64,000 nucleotides of DNA, from positions 640,001-704,000 of the forward strand of contig CAWFQB010000002.1 in NCBI GenBank assembly GCA_963817895.1, read 5' to 3'. The translations under genes were made by a program, and so were the position numbers. This DNA comes from an uncultured Chthonomonadaceae bacterium. GTDB taxonomy: Bacteria; Armatimonadota; Chthonomonadetes; Chthonomonadales; Chthonomonadaceae. Positions 28,898-39,032 of this stretch are shown in pieces. Position 1 is the first letter of the stretch. The number at the start of each line of letters is the position of its first letter. Below the pieces are notes generated by a model that saw only the letters and a program-made list of their open reading frames with translations, had not been told where the DNA came from and did not search any database.

Positions 28898-30600
28898 GGC
28901 GTGCCTCCAGTCTTGGGCGCGGGCGGCGGGGTTGTGGCGGCGGCGAGTTGGGTGCTGATTTTGAATTCCACATGCGGCGGAAGTTCCTGCCTGTCCCTTT
29001 TACGCTCCTGACTGTCAAGCGTGGGGAACACAAACCAGTTTACGCTGCGCATGCCGTCCAGTGTTTGCACGACCGCGAGGTCATTGACGGCAGTGCCTGT
29101 CACGCTCAGTCTGCCTCCCGAATCCAGAGCCACTTCCGTCAGTCCGGCCTGCGGCGCAACCACATTGGAAATGGCATCCATCACGCGCGGAAACGGGTAG
29201 CCTTTGTTTTGCAGGGCGGTAAGCTGATTCTGCTGTCGCTGCCAGGTGCTGACGATAAGATTCTGCTGCTGCTGTTTGGCGGTATATTCCGCTTGCAGCC
29301 TGTTCAGTTCCCGCTCTGCTACCCCAACGCGCAAATAGATCAATCCGGCAATCGTTATTCCAAGCAGCAGGACGATCAGGGAAGCGGCGGCGGACGACAG
29401 CAGAGTACGGCGCGCGGCAGCCGCAATTGCGTTCAGGCGATGCGCGCTCGTCAGGTTAAAGCGCGGCACATCGGCGGGCGCATCCGGCAGCAGTCCCAAC
29501 GCCAGGCCAAGCGCAGGCATCAGAGCCAATTCCGATGACGCCCCGCTCCCCGCGCTATCCGAGCCTGGAACCTGTAGCAGGTTCACGCCAGTTAAATCTC
29601 GCAGCAAGGCAGGCTTTAACAGCATGACATTGCGGCCCAACTCCTCCTGGAGCCAGGGCTGCATGGTTTCCATGGCAGGCGTATCCGCTACAAGCACGAT
29701 ATCGCCATCACTCCTGTCAGGATGTTCACGCCGATAATACTCGATTGAACGCCGGACTTCCAGCGCAACCGCGCGCGCCGCGCTCATATTCATGGAAATG
29801 CCGGGCAAGCCGGAGTTCAGACCCGACAGCGCCAGCCCGGGTTCCTCCTCCTCACCCAGAATGGAAGCGCGAGGACGGCCTGCATTGGAGGAGTTCTGCG
29901 CGGCATTGGGGAACAGCGTGGGAAACAGGTTTTCGCTGCCCACGTCAATGCGGCGGTACAACCGAATGGCTCCCGCATCTATAAACGCCAGTTCCGAGCG
30001 GACATGATCCACGCTCAGGCACAGCCCGCCCGGCTGTCCCTTCGTCAGCATCCAGCCGACCCGATACATTCCCAGCAGCGTCGGTTCCAGGGAAACCAGG
30101 TTCAGACCGGCCAGTTCGGCGACGCGCTGATATAAGGCAATGACGTTTTTATCCGCCGCCATCAGCAGCATCGGGGATTCGCCGCCGGCCTGCGCGTCAG
30201 CAGATGGCTGCGATTGGCCTGCGGCGCTCAAGCGCAGATAATCGAACGCGCTTTCTCCATGCCGCATGATTTTGTAATGCTCGAGTTCGCCCTCCAGCAC
30301 CGCCTGCAATTCCGTTTCCGGCACAAAAGGCACGTTCATTACCTGAGTAATGACGCTGCCTGAAGCTATTCCAAAAACGGCGTCGCGGGATACCGCGCCC
30401 GCGCTGTCTACAAGGCGGCGCAACGCGATACCGACGGCCTCCGGATCCACAATGCGGTCGCCAACAAACGCGCCCTCCGGCATCGGCGCAACGCCTGCAT
30501 GAAGCACCTGTGGATTGGACGCCCGCCCCTGCGCTTCAACGAGGCGCAGTTGGGTGGCCGTAAATGTCACGCCCAGTATGATATCTTTTCGGGTTCGCAT
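28894..30600 (-). CDS. pilM: PilM-PilN fusion protein
   Basis: Actin-like PilM domain, RFNL motif, TM helix, coiled coil and PilN-like C-terminus (LSVTGTA). Confidence 0.8.
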   Translation of the reverse strand: MRTRKDIILGVTFTATQLRLVEAQGRASNPQVLHAGVAPMPEGAFVGDRIVDPEAVGIALRRLVDSAGAVSRDAVFGIASGSVITQVMNVPFVPETELQAVLEGELEHYKIMRHGESAFDYLRLSAAGQSQPSADAQAGGESPMLLMAADKNVIALYQRVAELAGLNLVSLEPTLLGMYRVGWMLTKGQPGGLCLSVDHVRSELAFIDAGAIRLYRRIDVGSENLFPTLFPNAAQNSSNAGRPRASILGEEEEPGLALSGLNSGLPGISMNMSAARAVALEVRRSIEYYRREHPDRSDGDIVLVADTPAMETMQPWLQEELGRNVMLLKPALLRDLTGVNLLQVPGSDSAGSGASSELALMPALGLALGLLPDAPADVPRFNLTSAHRLNAIAAAARRTLLSSAAASLIVLLLGITIAGLIYLRVGVAERELNRLQAEYTAKQQQQNLIVSTWQRQQNQLTALQNKGYPFPRVMDAISNVVAPQAGLTEVALDSGGRLSVTGTAVNDLAVVQTLDGMRSVNWFVFPTLDSQERKRDRQELPPHVEFKISTQLAAATTPPPAPKTGGTP

Positions 30601-30683
30601 ATATCTCTAATCTCGACAGCCTGGGGATTATCAGGCAAAGCCTCCTATAGAATGTACCCTCCAGAAGAGTTCCACACAACGCG

Positions 30684-31322
30684 TTAAGAATCATGCGTAT
30701 TGGGGCTGTTGCGCATACGGATGAAATTTTGCAGAGTTCGCGTTTCGCCATCGGCGCTGATGGTCGCGATAATGTTGACGGCTCCCACACCGGGCAGTTC
30801 CGCGCCCGAAGGCGCGTTCGGGTCTGCCGTCGTCGTCCAGCTTGCCACGCTTGCGTTGTACGTATTGCCTGCCGGCATGTAGTACGTGATTTGCAGTGAC
30901 TGCACATTCGACACCAGAGTCTCGACTGCCGCCGCGCTGCCATCGGAGTCAGTCTTCTGGCGGCGCAAGGTATGGGCGCTTGTATCCAGCCAGATGCGGC
31001 TCATTGATCCCGATGAGGTTGTATAACAGGTCACGTCGGAGGCGGACGCGGAAGCGATTACCTGGCCCTGCCCCGCGCCGAACGCCTGCGCGTTGCGCAG
31101 CGTGTCCCCCAGAACATCAAGAGGGCGGCGGCTGGAAGCATTGGCGTAGTTCTGCCCCAGCACGGTTGAGTTTGCCACATAGCTGCTTTGCTGAAGTGAA
31201 ACCAGCGCGGCTCCGGTCAGCAGCGCGATTAAACAGCCAATCAGCAGTTCAATCAGTGTACCCCCATAAGGCGCATTGCCGATGCGGTTAGATCGGGGAT
31301 TTGAAAATGTCGCGATTATCAT
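30684..31322 (-). CDS. Minor pilin (PilW-like)
   Basis: GGTLIELLIG type IV pilin N-terminus. Confidence 0.8.
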   Translation of the reverse strand: MIIATFSNPRSNRIGNAPYGGTLIELLIGCLIALLTGAALVSLQQSSYVANSTVLGQNYANASSRRPLDVLGDTLRNAQAFGAGQGQVIASASASDVTCYTTSSGSMSRIWLDTSAHTLRRQKTDSDGSAAAVETLVSNVQSLQITYYMPAGNTYNASVASWTTTADPNAPSGAELPGVGAVNIIATISADGETRTLQNFIRMRNSPNTHDS

Positions 31323-31784
31323 TTATATCCCCTTTTTCGTCAGCGTCGCGCCCGTGGTATATAGCGTTTGGCCCGTATTCAGCACGGTCACGGTGATGAT
31401 TACCGTGCGAACGGCGCTGTAAGAGGGGTAGCCGGGATCGCTGACGATGTTCGTAACCATGCGCAGGCGGTGCTGCGCCCCCTTATTCGCGCTTTCGCTG
31501 CCGCCCTGCTGATCGTAGTACAGCGTGGTCACGCCCTCAGTGGCATAATCAAATCCGGCCAGTTTCACCCGCTCCATGGCGTGACGCCCAACGGTATACG
31601 CCGCTCCCACGTTGTCTGCTTTGACCGTCAGATTGAAGGTGAAATTCCACAGGCTGATCATCGCCATCACGCTGGAAGCCATAATCAGCGACGCGATCAA
31701 GGCTTCAATGATCGTGAAACCTCGGGTTCCACCTGTCCGGGCGCGGCCCTGTCTTCGCAAGAATCCATTATGCGCGTTTCTCAT
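31323..31784 (-). CDS. Minor pilin (PilV-like)
   Basis: RGFTIIEALIA. Confidence 0.82.
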   Translation of the reverse strand: MRNAHNGFLRRQGRARTGGTRGFTIIEALIASLIMASSVMAMISLWNFTFNLTVKADNVGAAYTVGRHAMERVKLAGFDYATEGVTTLYYDQQGGSESANKGAQHRLRMVTNIVSDPGYPSYSAVRTVIITVTVLNTGQTLYTTGATLTKKGI

Positions 31785-33175
31785 TGATTTGCGCCTCCTG
31801 CCACGCCTGCGCCGTTGAGTTCCTGCCATGCGCCGCTAAATCCATAATATTCGGTGGGCGTATCAAAATAGCCCTTTTGTCCAATGATGTTTGTGTTTCC
31901 TCCAACGTTGATGTCGTTGCTAACGATCTGCCCCCGAAAATTGACGTTGGGATCTACATTCACCAAACCAAAAGAGTAGTTTTTACTGTTGTAAGTAATT
32001 GTGTCATAGTTGTAGACGCCCATATCCACTTCCATGCTGTTGTCAACACCCGGCAAAGGTTCGCCTGGGTCAATGTTGAGGCCGCCGGAGGCGGACATGT
32101 ACATTTTCACAGCATTATTGGGCGCGTCCAGTATGCTTTTGAGCGCGTGGCCGCCGCGCATGTAGCTGCCTCCGCTCGACTGGCGCAGATAGTAAATGTT
32201 GATCGGCCCATTCGTATTGTCGAACACGAGATTGCTGTGCGGCTGCATGTTTATGTCGCTGAGATAATAGTTTGCGCCGCCGGGTTTGCCTTTCAGAGTG
32301 ACCGTTTGATGCCCGGAAGTATTCAACGAATGTTGGGTGGTCGTAATCACCGGAGACGGTGTAGGATTATCCGGGTCACTTATTTCGGCCAGGTTATTGT
32401 CATTATTCTGCGCGAGGTAATCTTGACCGCCTGGGAAATTCGCGTTGACGATATCGGTCGTTCCCTTCATGGCCAGAGGATTGGGATTATGAACCGCGCT
32501 GTAGCCGCCGGGATCCTTATCGTTCGCCCATTTAGCCTTATCGCCATTGAACACAACGCCTTTGATGATGGGATTTACCTTCATGCTGGAGCTCATGGAC
32601 TGTGTGCCGTTCGTGCCTGAAATGCCGTTTATAACAATGCCGTCTTGCAGGAAGTTGCTGGAATGGAGAGAGTACAGCGTATAAAACGTGCTGTATGGTT
32701 GGGCATTGATACGAACGATGCGTGTGGCCGGCCCTGTAGCCGTTCGAATGGAGGCGCTACAGGTAATTGCAAACAGAGTGGTACTGGCATTCAGTTGAGA
32801 ACCATTCAGCGTAGCGCAAGATACAGTGAAAGTTCCCGGCAGGCTGGACCCGATTTTGTCAATTTCAGTGGAAGCGTTGTAGGTGGTTCCCCCGCTATCT
32901 GCACTTGCGATACCATTGTTGGTAATCTTGTGCAGTTCCCAGTTGATCCCGGCTTCGGCAATGTCGAGCGCCTCCTCGGAGGACGCCTGTGTGTTCGCCA
33001 GGTTGTAGTGTGATACCGTCATTGTTCCCATGCCGGCGAGGGCAAGGGCAATAATTACGGTGAAAATGAGCGCGGAAATGAGCGCGCTGCCGGGGGCAAA
33101 CGCGCCAAAACCCCGCCGCGAGGGGCGAGGAAAAAGAGAGGATAAATCCCATTGTGAAACCGCTGAAACTTGCAT
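31781..33175 (-). CDS. PilX/GspK-like large minor pilin with a beta-rich C-terminal domain
   Basis: GSALISALIF (no Glu5), ALDIAEAGI; 464 aa, Asn/Gly-rich. Confidence 0.8.
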   Translation of the reverse strand: MQVSAVSQWDLSSLFPRPSRRGFGAFAPGSALISALIFTVIIALALAGMGTMTVSHYNLANTQASSEEALDIAEAGINWELHKITNNGIASADSGGTTYNASTEIDKIGSSLPGTFTVSCATLNGSQLNASTTLFAITCSASIRTATGPATRIVRINAQPYSTFYTLYSLHSSNFLQDGIVINGISGTNGTQSMSSSMKVNPIIKGVVFNGDKAKWANDKDPGGYSAVHNPNPLAMKGTTDIVNANFPGGQDYLAQNNDNNLAEISDPDNPTPSPVITTTQHSLNTSGHQTVTLKGKPGGANYYLSDINMQPHSNLVFDNTNGPINIYYLRQSSGGSYMRGGHALKSILDAPNNAVKMYMSASGGLNIDPGEPLPGVDNSMEVDMGVYNYDTITYNSKNYSFGLVNVDPNVNFRGQIVSNDINVGGNTNIIGQKGYFDTPTEYYGFSGAWQELNGAGVAGGANQ

Positions 33176-33250
33176 TGGAGGTTCCCGCTTCCTGACAGGT
33201 GGCCGTTTGCAAAACAGGCAGCCAGAACAAAACGAAAGTGAAAAGTCCTG

Positions 33251-33287
33251 CGGCGTCGCCGATGCGTGGAACACACCGGCGACACCG
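33251..33287 (-). terminator. Hairpin after the major pilin gene
   Basis: CGGTGTCGCCGGTG...CATCGGCGACGCCG on the minus strand. Confidence 0.55.
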
Positions 33288-33311
33288 CAGAACAGGAACA
33301 CAGGTCGAGAG

Positions 33312-33707
33312 TTACTTGTTGTCCTTACCCGGCTCAAAGGTACCGGCGGCATCGGGATCGGGCGTACACGACACCTTGAAGGAGCCGGCAACGCTTCCGG
33401 CAGCGATCACGTAGGTTTCGCCGCTGGGTCCGATGGGCGGGGTTTGCAGGTCCGGCTCATTGGCCGTGCTGACCGCCCCGTAGTACTTCGAGTAGTCCGC
33501 TGGCCGGTCTTTGACATAGGCGGCCTGCACCGCGTTGGCAACGGTTTGCATGTTGGCGCGGTTGGTCTTGATGCGGCTGTCTTTGACCGCGCTGAGGTAC
33601 AGCGGGAGGGCAACCGCCATCAGGATGGACAGGATCAGGGTGACAACGAGCAGTTCGACGAGCGTGAAGCCGCTGACCTGGCGGCGAACGGAGGATGTGT
33701 GAACCAT
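33312..33707 (-). CDS. Major type IV pilin/pseudopilin
   Basis: SGFTLVELLVVTLILSILMAVALP; AAGGAG RBS; long upstream intergenic region and downstream hairpin. Confidence 0.9.
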   Translation of the reverse strand: MVHTSSVRRQVSGFTLVELLVVTLILSILMAVALPLYLSAVKDSRIKTNRANMQTVANAVQAAYVKDRPADYSKYYGAVSTANEPDLQTPPIGPSGETYVIAAGSVAGSFKVSCTPDPDAAGTFEPGKDNK

Positions 33708-34141
33708 GGTGCTGAACTCCTTAAGTCCGTGTGTGCCGGCTGCGAGGCCGGGTTGATTAGCGTGTGTGTGCTTGGGTAGGGCGTTCAAGTACAGGCTTTC
33801 AGAAAAGTCTGTCTGAAACGCGGAGTGATACAATGTCCGAGCGCAGGCTCCGCTAAGGGAACAGGCGCAAGGCTCTTCTCAGGAATTGGCACGACTGTCG
33901 GCAGCGAATGGAACTGCGGTAACGCCCATGTTTGTGTCACAGATATAAAGACAGCGCGGCGCAAACCGGAGGTAACAGCATTGGAAGCGGCTGCTCCGTG
34001 TGTCTTTATGGTTGTGCCTTGACAGGCGCAGTGTACCGACATCGCTTTTTTCGGCTTCTGGACCGAGGTTTCCGTGTACGCGACCAGAGTAACAGATGGA
34101 GGAACCTAGACGCGGCGGACTTTCTCTCAAATGGCGGGCGC

Positions 34142-35359
34142 CTAACGTTTGAGCACCTGCGTGAGAGAAAAAATGGGCATATACAGAGCCAACAGAATAA
34201 ACAGTACCAGACAGCCGACCACAATGGTCATGAGTGGCTCCATTAATTTCGTAAGTTTATCTACAGTATACTGTATATCTCTATTATAAAATTCTGTTAT
34301 TTCCGCTAACATTGCATCAATGTTACCGGATTGCTCACCCGCGGAAATCAGGCGCGTCACCATCGGGGGAAATTCGCCCGTTGCTTCCAGTGGTTTGGAT
34401 AGTCCGGCGCCCTGCTGCACCTGCTCCGCCACCTTCATAACCGCTTCCTGAATGATGACGTTGCCGCAGGTGTTGGCGGAAACCGCCAGTGAGCGCAAAA
34501 TCGGCACACCCGCCGCGCTCATGCCGGAGAATGTCTGGCAGAAACGCGAAATGGCGATCTTTCGGTTAAGTTTCCCCAACAAGGGCAGCTTCAATTTCAA
34601 CTTGTCGTAAATATGCCGACCTCGCGATGTTTTGATGAACCGTCGCAGAACAGCCACACCCACGATCAAACCGATCAGCACCCACAGCCAGTAGTGTACA
34701 ACAATCGCGCTGACTTTAACCAGCAGGAGAGTTACGAGCGGCAACGTCGCATGGAATTGATCGTATACCTTCGCGAATACGGGCACAATGGCGGTCAGCA
34801 TGAAAATGACGACCCCCACAGCAACAATGACCACGAGAATCGGCATTGTCATTGCGGCTTTAATTTTTTCCCTGAGTTCCGCTTCCTGATCAAACTGGAT
34901 GGCGGCTGTTTCCAGGGTTTTGTCCAGCAGGCCACCGGCTTCCCCCGCCTGAACCAGCGAGACATACATCTCGTTGTAAACATCCGGGTGCTTGCGCATT
35001 CCGTCGGCCAATGTGCTGCCGGAGAGGACATCTTTGCGCACAGTATCCAGCGAAGCCGCCAGCGTCGGGTTTTCCGATTGTTCCGCGACGGAGTACAAAC
35101 ATTCCGTGATGTTCAGCCCCGCATGTACCAGGGTGGCGAGTTGTCGGCTCATCACCACCATGTCGTTCAATTTTACTTTTTTGCGTCCGAAGATAGAAGA
35201 GGGCTCGTCCTCGCCTGAGCCGGATTGTTCATGAGCGTCGGTAACAAACAGGTTCTTTTCGCGTAACTGCCCGCGCAGGTCGCCTGGATTGGCGGCGGCT
35301 TGAATGCCGGTTATCAGTTGACCACTGCGATCACGGGCGGTATAAGTGAACGTAGGCAT
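34142..35359 (-). CDS. pilC: PilC/GspF platform protein
   Basis: MPTFTYTARD, RQLATLVHAGL, AGEAGGLL, GEQSGNID, LMEPL. Confidence 0.95.
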   Translation of the reverse strand: MPTFTYTARDRSGQLITGIQAAANPGDLRGQLREKNLFVTDAHEQSGSGEDEPSSIFGRKKVKLNDMVVMSRQLATLVHAGLNITECLYSVAEQSENPTLAASLDTVRKDVLSGSTLADGMRKHPDVYNEMYVSLVQAGEAGGLLDKTLETAAIQFDQEAELREKIKAAMTMPILVVIVAVGVVIFMLTAIVPVFAKVYDQFHATLPLVTLLLVKVSAIVVHYWLWVLIGLIVGVAVLRRFIKTSRGRHIYDKLKLKLPLLGKLNRKIAISRFCQTFSGMSAAGVPILRSLAVSANTCGNVIIQEAVMKVAEQVQQGAGLSKPLEATGEFPPMVTRLISAGEQSGNIDAMLAEITEFYNRDIQYTVDKLTKLMEPLMTIVVGCLVLFILLALYMPIFSLTQVLKR

Positions 35360-35512
35360 TGCGTGTACTCTCTTATGCTTTGGGCGTATTGTCTCGTCAA
35401 GGACAGGAACTATCAGGGTTCCCATAGTTAAGAATAGCAGCGATAGGATGGAAACATACAAGCCCGGCAATTAATTCAGTATTTAGAGCTAATTTTTCTT
35501 GCCGGAGTAGAA

Positions 35513-37222
35513 TTAATCCTCTAAATACAGGACGCGCAGCATCTCTTCCGGCGTAGTCACTTCATCCACCACTTTGCGAAGGGCGGACTGGCGCAGGGTT
35601 ATCATGCCGTCTTTAATCGCCTGTGTTTTCAGATGCGCGCCTGAAGCGCCCTCTAAAATCAAATCTCGCAGGTTATCGGTCATCGGCATGATCTCATAAA
35701 CCGCTGTGCGGCCTTTCATGCCTCGTCCATTACATTTTACGCAGCCCCGGCCCCGCGCCACAATGGGGGGGCGTCCATCATCCAGCGTCATACCCAGCGA
35801 CTTGGCCGTCGCCTGGCTGACCAGATGCGCTTCCTTGCAATAGGGGCAAACCTGCCTCAACAATCTTTGCGCCACAACTCCGATAATAGCAGAAGAGATC
35901 AGAAACGGCTCGATACCCATATTTTGCAGTCGCACCAGCGCGCCGGGCGCGTCATTGGTATGCAGCGTGGAAAGCACAAGGTGTCCGGTAAGCGCGGCCT
36001 GAACAGCGATTTCCGCCGTCTCCTGATCGCGAATTTCACCCACCATAATCACATCCGGGTCCTGGCGCACGAGGGTTCGCAGGCCGGAGGCGAATGTCAC
36101 GCCGATTTTCGCGTTCACCTGCAACTGATTGATGCCGTTAAGGTGGTACTCTACCGGGTCTTCTACCGTATTGATGTTGCGCGTCGTATCGTTGATCTCA
36201 TTGAGCGCGGCGAACAGCGTGGTTGATTTGCCCGATCCGGTCGGCCCGGTAACAAGCAAAATGCCATGTGGCTGCTGAATAAAGCTTTTAAATAACTCCT
36301 GCTGTTCCGGGTAAAAGCCCAGAGAATTCAGGCCGGAATGGACGCCGGATTTCGACAGAACGCGCATAACGATTTTTTCGCCATGTATGAGCGGAATCAC
36401 GCTGACCCGAAAATCAAACCCTTTGCCATTGTCGTCGTTGGCGACAAAGCGGCCATCCTGAGGTCGCCGCCGCTCGGCAATGTCCATACGCGCCATGATT
36501 TTGATGCGCGATACCACTGCCGCAAGATGGTGCAGGGGAAACGTCATCTGCTCATGCAGCAGGCCATCCTGCCGGAAGCGAACGCGGACGCCATGTTCCT
36601 GCGGTTCGATGTGAATGTCGCTCGCGCCCGAATTGGTAGCGGCGTGAATGATGTTGTTGACCAGCCGCACAATCGGCGCGTCTTCAGCCAGCCCGACCAG
36701 ATCATCTACGGAGAGGCCGGATTGCCCCTGGGGAAGGTCAGTCATCTCCTCAAGGACCGACTGCGTTTTCAGCCGAACATCGTAGACGCGGTTAATGGCT
36801 TCCAGCAGGTCCACGCGAAAGGCCAGATGCGGCTCGATATGGCGGCGCAATCGTACCCGCAGGTCGTCTACCGTGACCACATCCAGAGGATCGGCCATCG
36901 CCACATGGATAGCGTTGTCAGCATCCGCGAAGGGCAGCAGCACTTTGCGCCGCGCAATCTCTTCGGGGATGCCCTGCGCCAGCGTTGGGTCTACAACCGT
37001 CTCCGTAATGTCCACAAAGGGAAAGCCCAGCGAGCGTTCCAGATAGTGTCCCACCATGGCGGCGGCGACAAACCCCTGCGCTACCAGCGCTTCTCCGAAA
37101 AGCAAATTGGTCTGACGCTGATAGGCCAGCGTCTTCTCTATCTGCGTTTCATCAATGATGCCATCGGCCTTCATGCGTTCGCCAAGCATCGCATTGGCCC
37201 GGGGAGTAAGTGTGGTAGTCAT
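35513..37222 (-). CDS. pilB: PilB/GspE assembly ATPase
   Basis: ASDIHIEP, GPTGSGKSTT, EDPVE, RQDPDVIMVGEIRD, TGHLVLSTLHTN, tetracysteine motif. Confidence 0.96.
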   Translation of the reverse strand: MTTTLTPRANAMLGERMKADGIIDETQIEKTLAYQRQTNLLFGEALVAQGFVAAAMVGHYLERSLGFPFVDITETVVDPTLAQGIPEEIARRKVLLPFADADNAIHVAMADPLDVVTVDDLRVRLRRHIEPHLAFRVDLLEAINRVYDVRLKTQSVLEEMTDLPQGQSGLSVDDLVGLAEDAPIVRLVNNIIHAATNSGASDIHIEPQEHGVRVRFRQDGLLHEQMTFPLHHLAAVVSRIKIMARMDIAERRRPQDGRFVANDDNGKGFDFRVSVIPLIHGEKIVMRVLSKSGVHSGLNSLGFYPEQQELFKSFIQQPHGILLVTGPTGSGKSTTLFAALNEINDTTRNINTVEDPVEYHLNGINQLQVNAKIGVTFASGLRTLVRQDPDVIMVGEIRDQETAEIAVQAALTGHLVLSTLHTNDAPGALVRLQNMGIEPFLISSAIIGVVAQRLLRQVCPYCKEAHLVSQATAKSLGMTLDDGRPPIVARGRGCVKCNGRGMKGRTAVYEIMPMTDNLRDLILEGASGAHLKTQAIKDGMITLRQSALRKVVDEVTTPEEMLRVLYLED

Positions 37223-37702
37223 AAATGTTCGCAACTACAGTTCGTCCGCCCGCTTACACGCGCTTACGCGGCAGAAGGAAAATGGCACACGTCATCGTGT
37301 GACGAAGTATTAAAATAGAATGTCAAAATGGAAAGGCGCGCAGCATCGGGACTAGCGCAGTTGTTTCCGGCAAGTTACCACTGCATTGTGCAGCCACCTT
37401 CTGGAAACGCATCAAACGGATGTAGAATGTAGCGTGGGTACATAAGAACGCTAACTTCATGGAAGTTATCTTACAAGAACAACAACCGGCAGGCTTTTGC
37501 CGAATTTGCTGCTGCAAATACTATGAATAAATTTGACCTGTAGCGCGGTTTCTCAGCCTGCCTGAATTACGTGTAGGTGACGTACAGGTATAAGATATGT
37601 TCCCGCAATTTTACGAGACTAAAATAAGTATAACACGGTTTTTGCAAAATCGCGCAAGCGGGCATTAAAATTCTTTTTCAAGAGCGGTGGCTATAACAAA
37701 AT

Positions 37703-37738
37703 ATCCGGGCGCTGACATGCAATTGTCAGCGCCCGGAT
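37703..37738. terminator. Strong hairpin/terminator downstream of the PEP-CTERM gene
   Basis: ATCCGGGCGCTGACA...TGTCAGCGCCCGGAT. Confidence 0.75.
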
Positions 37739-37893
37739 GCTTACTCGTCTCCGCAGCAATTACTCTGCTCTTCACTTTTCACCTGACGGGCGAGCCGATA
37801 GCAGAAGTAAGAACCGCTACTGTGCGCCTATGCAGATGGAGTACAGCCCTTGTGGTTGTAACCCGGAACAATTTTGCGTTACGAGGCGCGTTT

Positions 37894-38685
37894 TTATTTG
37901 TTGATGGCAGCCCGTTTGCGGCGCGAAAGGCATCGCACCCCGGTAACAACCATTCCTGCCAGAAGCGCCATGCTGCCGGGTTCGGGAACAGGCGTTATGA
38001 CATTGAAGCGCAGCAGGCCTACAGCAAAGTCGTTGGGCGTGGTATTTGTCTGAAGTCCCGGCGGTAACATACCGGCAACGGCGCTCCCAACGATCAGGAT
38101 GGAGGTTATCCGATTGCCGCCCGCGTCCTGTACTCCAAAAAAGGGCGCGCTGCCATCCCCCTGCGCGAAGTTGATAATGCCGGTTTGGTCAAAGTTTGTC
38201 TGCGTCAAACCTTCGGAAACTTGAAACGAAAAATTCGTCGGGGCAAACGGCAGAGTGGGGTCAAAGTTAAATCCGAATGCGCTCACCCCGCTCGAAAACG
38301 TGATGAGCACTCCATCAGCGCTGTTACTTGCGGACGAACTAACGACGTTGCGCAGGAGTGGCGTAGCATCGGGAAAATCACCCGCAAAGTTATTGCCAAG
38401 CACTGTACCCTGCTGGTTACGGCGCTGCATGTATTTGCCATTGGCGACTGTTGCGCCATTGGTCAGCGTGATTGTTTGCGCTCCAATGGTGGTTTGATAG
38501 GTCAGGAAGGTATCCGGTGGATTGCCGGTAATCGGTACACCCGTGGGACTCAGCGCGTTCAGTTGGGTTTCGGTGATTGTCACCTGGCTCTGCGCGGTCG
38601 TTGCGACCAACAGCGCGGCGAAAGCGGCGGCTGGCACAAGGCTTTTGAGCGCGCGAAGAGCGTAAAATGGGGTGGATGTTATCAT
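37894..38685 (-). CDS. PEP-CTERM sorting-domain protein
   Basis: Signal peptide; C-terminal VPEPGS + hydrophobic stretch + RRKR. Confidence 0.9.
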   Translation of the reverse strand: MITSTPFYALRALKSLVPAAAFAALLVATTAQSQVTITETQLNALSPTGVPITGNPPDTFLTYQTTIGAQTITLTNGATVANGKYMQRRNQQGTVLGNNFAGDFPDATPLLRNVVSSSASNSADGVLITFSSGVSAFGFNFDPTLPFAPTNFSFQVSEGLTQTNFDQTGIINFAQGDGSAPFFGVQDAGGNRITSILIVGSAVAGMLPPGLQTNTTPNDFAVGLLRFNVITPVPEPGSMALLAGMVVTGVRCLSRRKRAAINK

Positions 38686-38949
38686 ATCGGCGTGTTCCCC
38701 TCTGATGGGCAAAATCATTTGCCGTCAGGCGTCAAGGCTGCGTGAAAAGGGTTAATTATGAGTACTTCTGGATGGCCTACGTTTACGACAGCATGGACGG
38801 CAAAGCTGTCGCGCCTACAAAACTCATTATTGCATAAATCATGCCAACCCGTTCATTATTCAGCTGGATTTTCCATTTTCCAGTAAAAATACCACTAATT
38901 CTATACCGCGCGACACTTTTGAGCGACGTTTGCCTCTTAATCCAAACGG

Positions 38950-38982
38950 AAAAGAGGAGCCAACATTGTTGGCTCCTCTCTT
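38950..38982 (-). terminator. Terminator after the helicase gene
   Basis: AGAGGAGCCAACA-T-TGTTGGCTCCTCT flanked by A/T tracts. Confidence 0.75.
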
Positions 38983-39032
38983 ACCGGCTTTTTTACTTTT
39001 TACAGAATTGGCTTCACCGTTCTGCGAACAGA

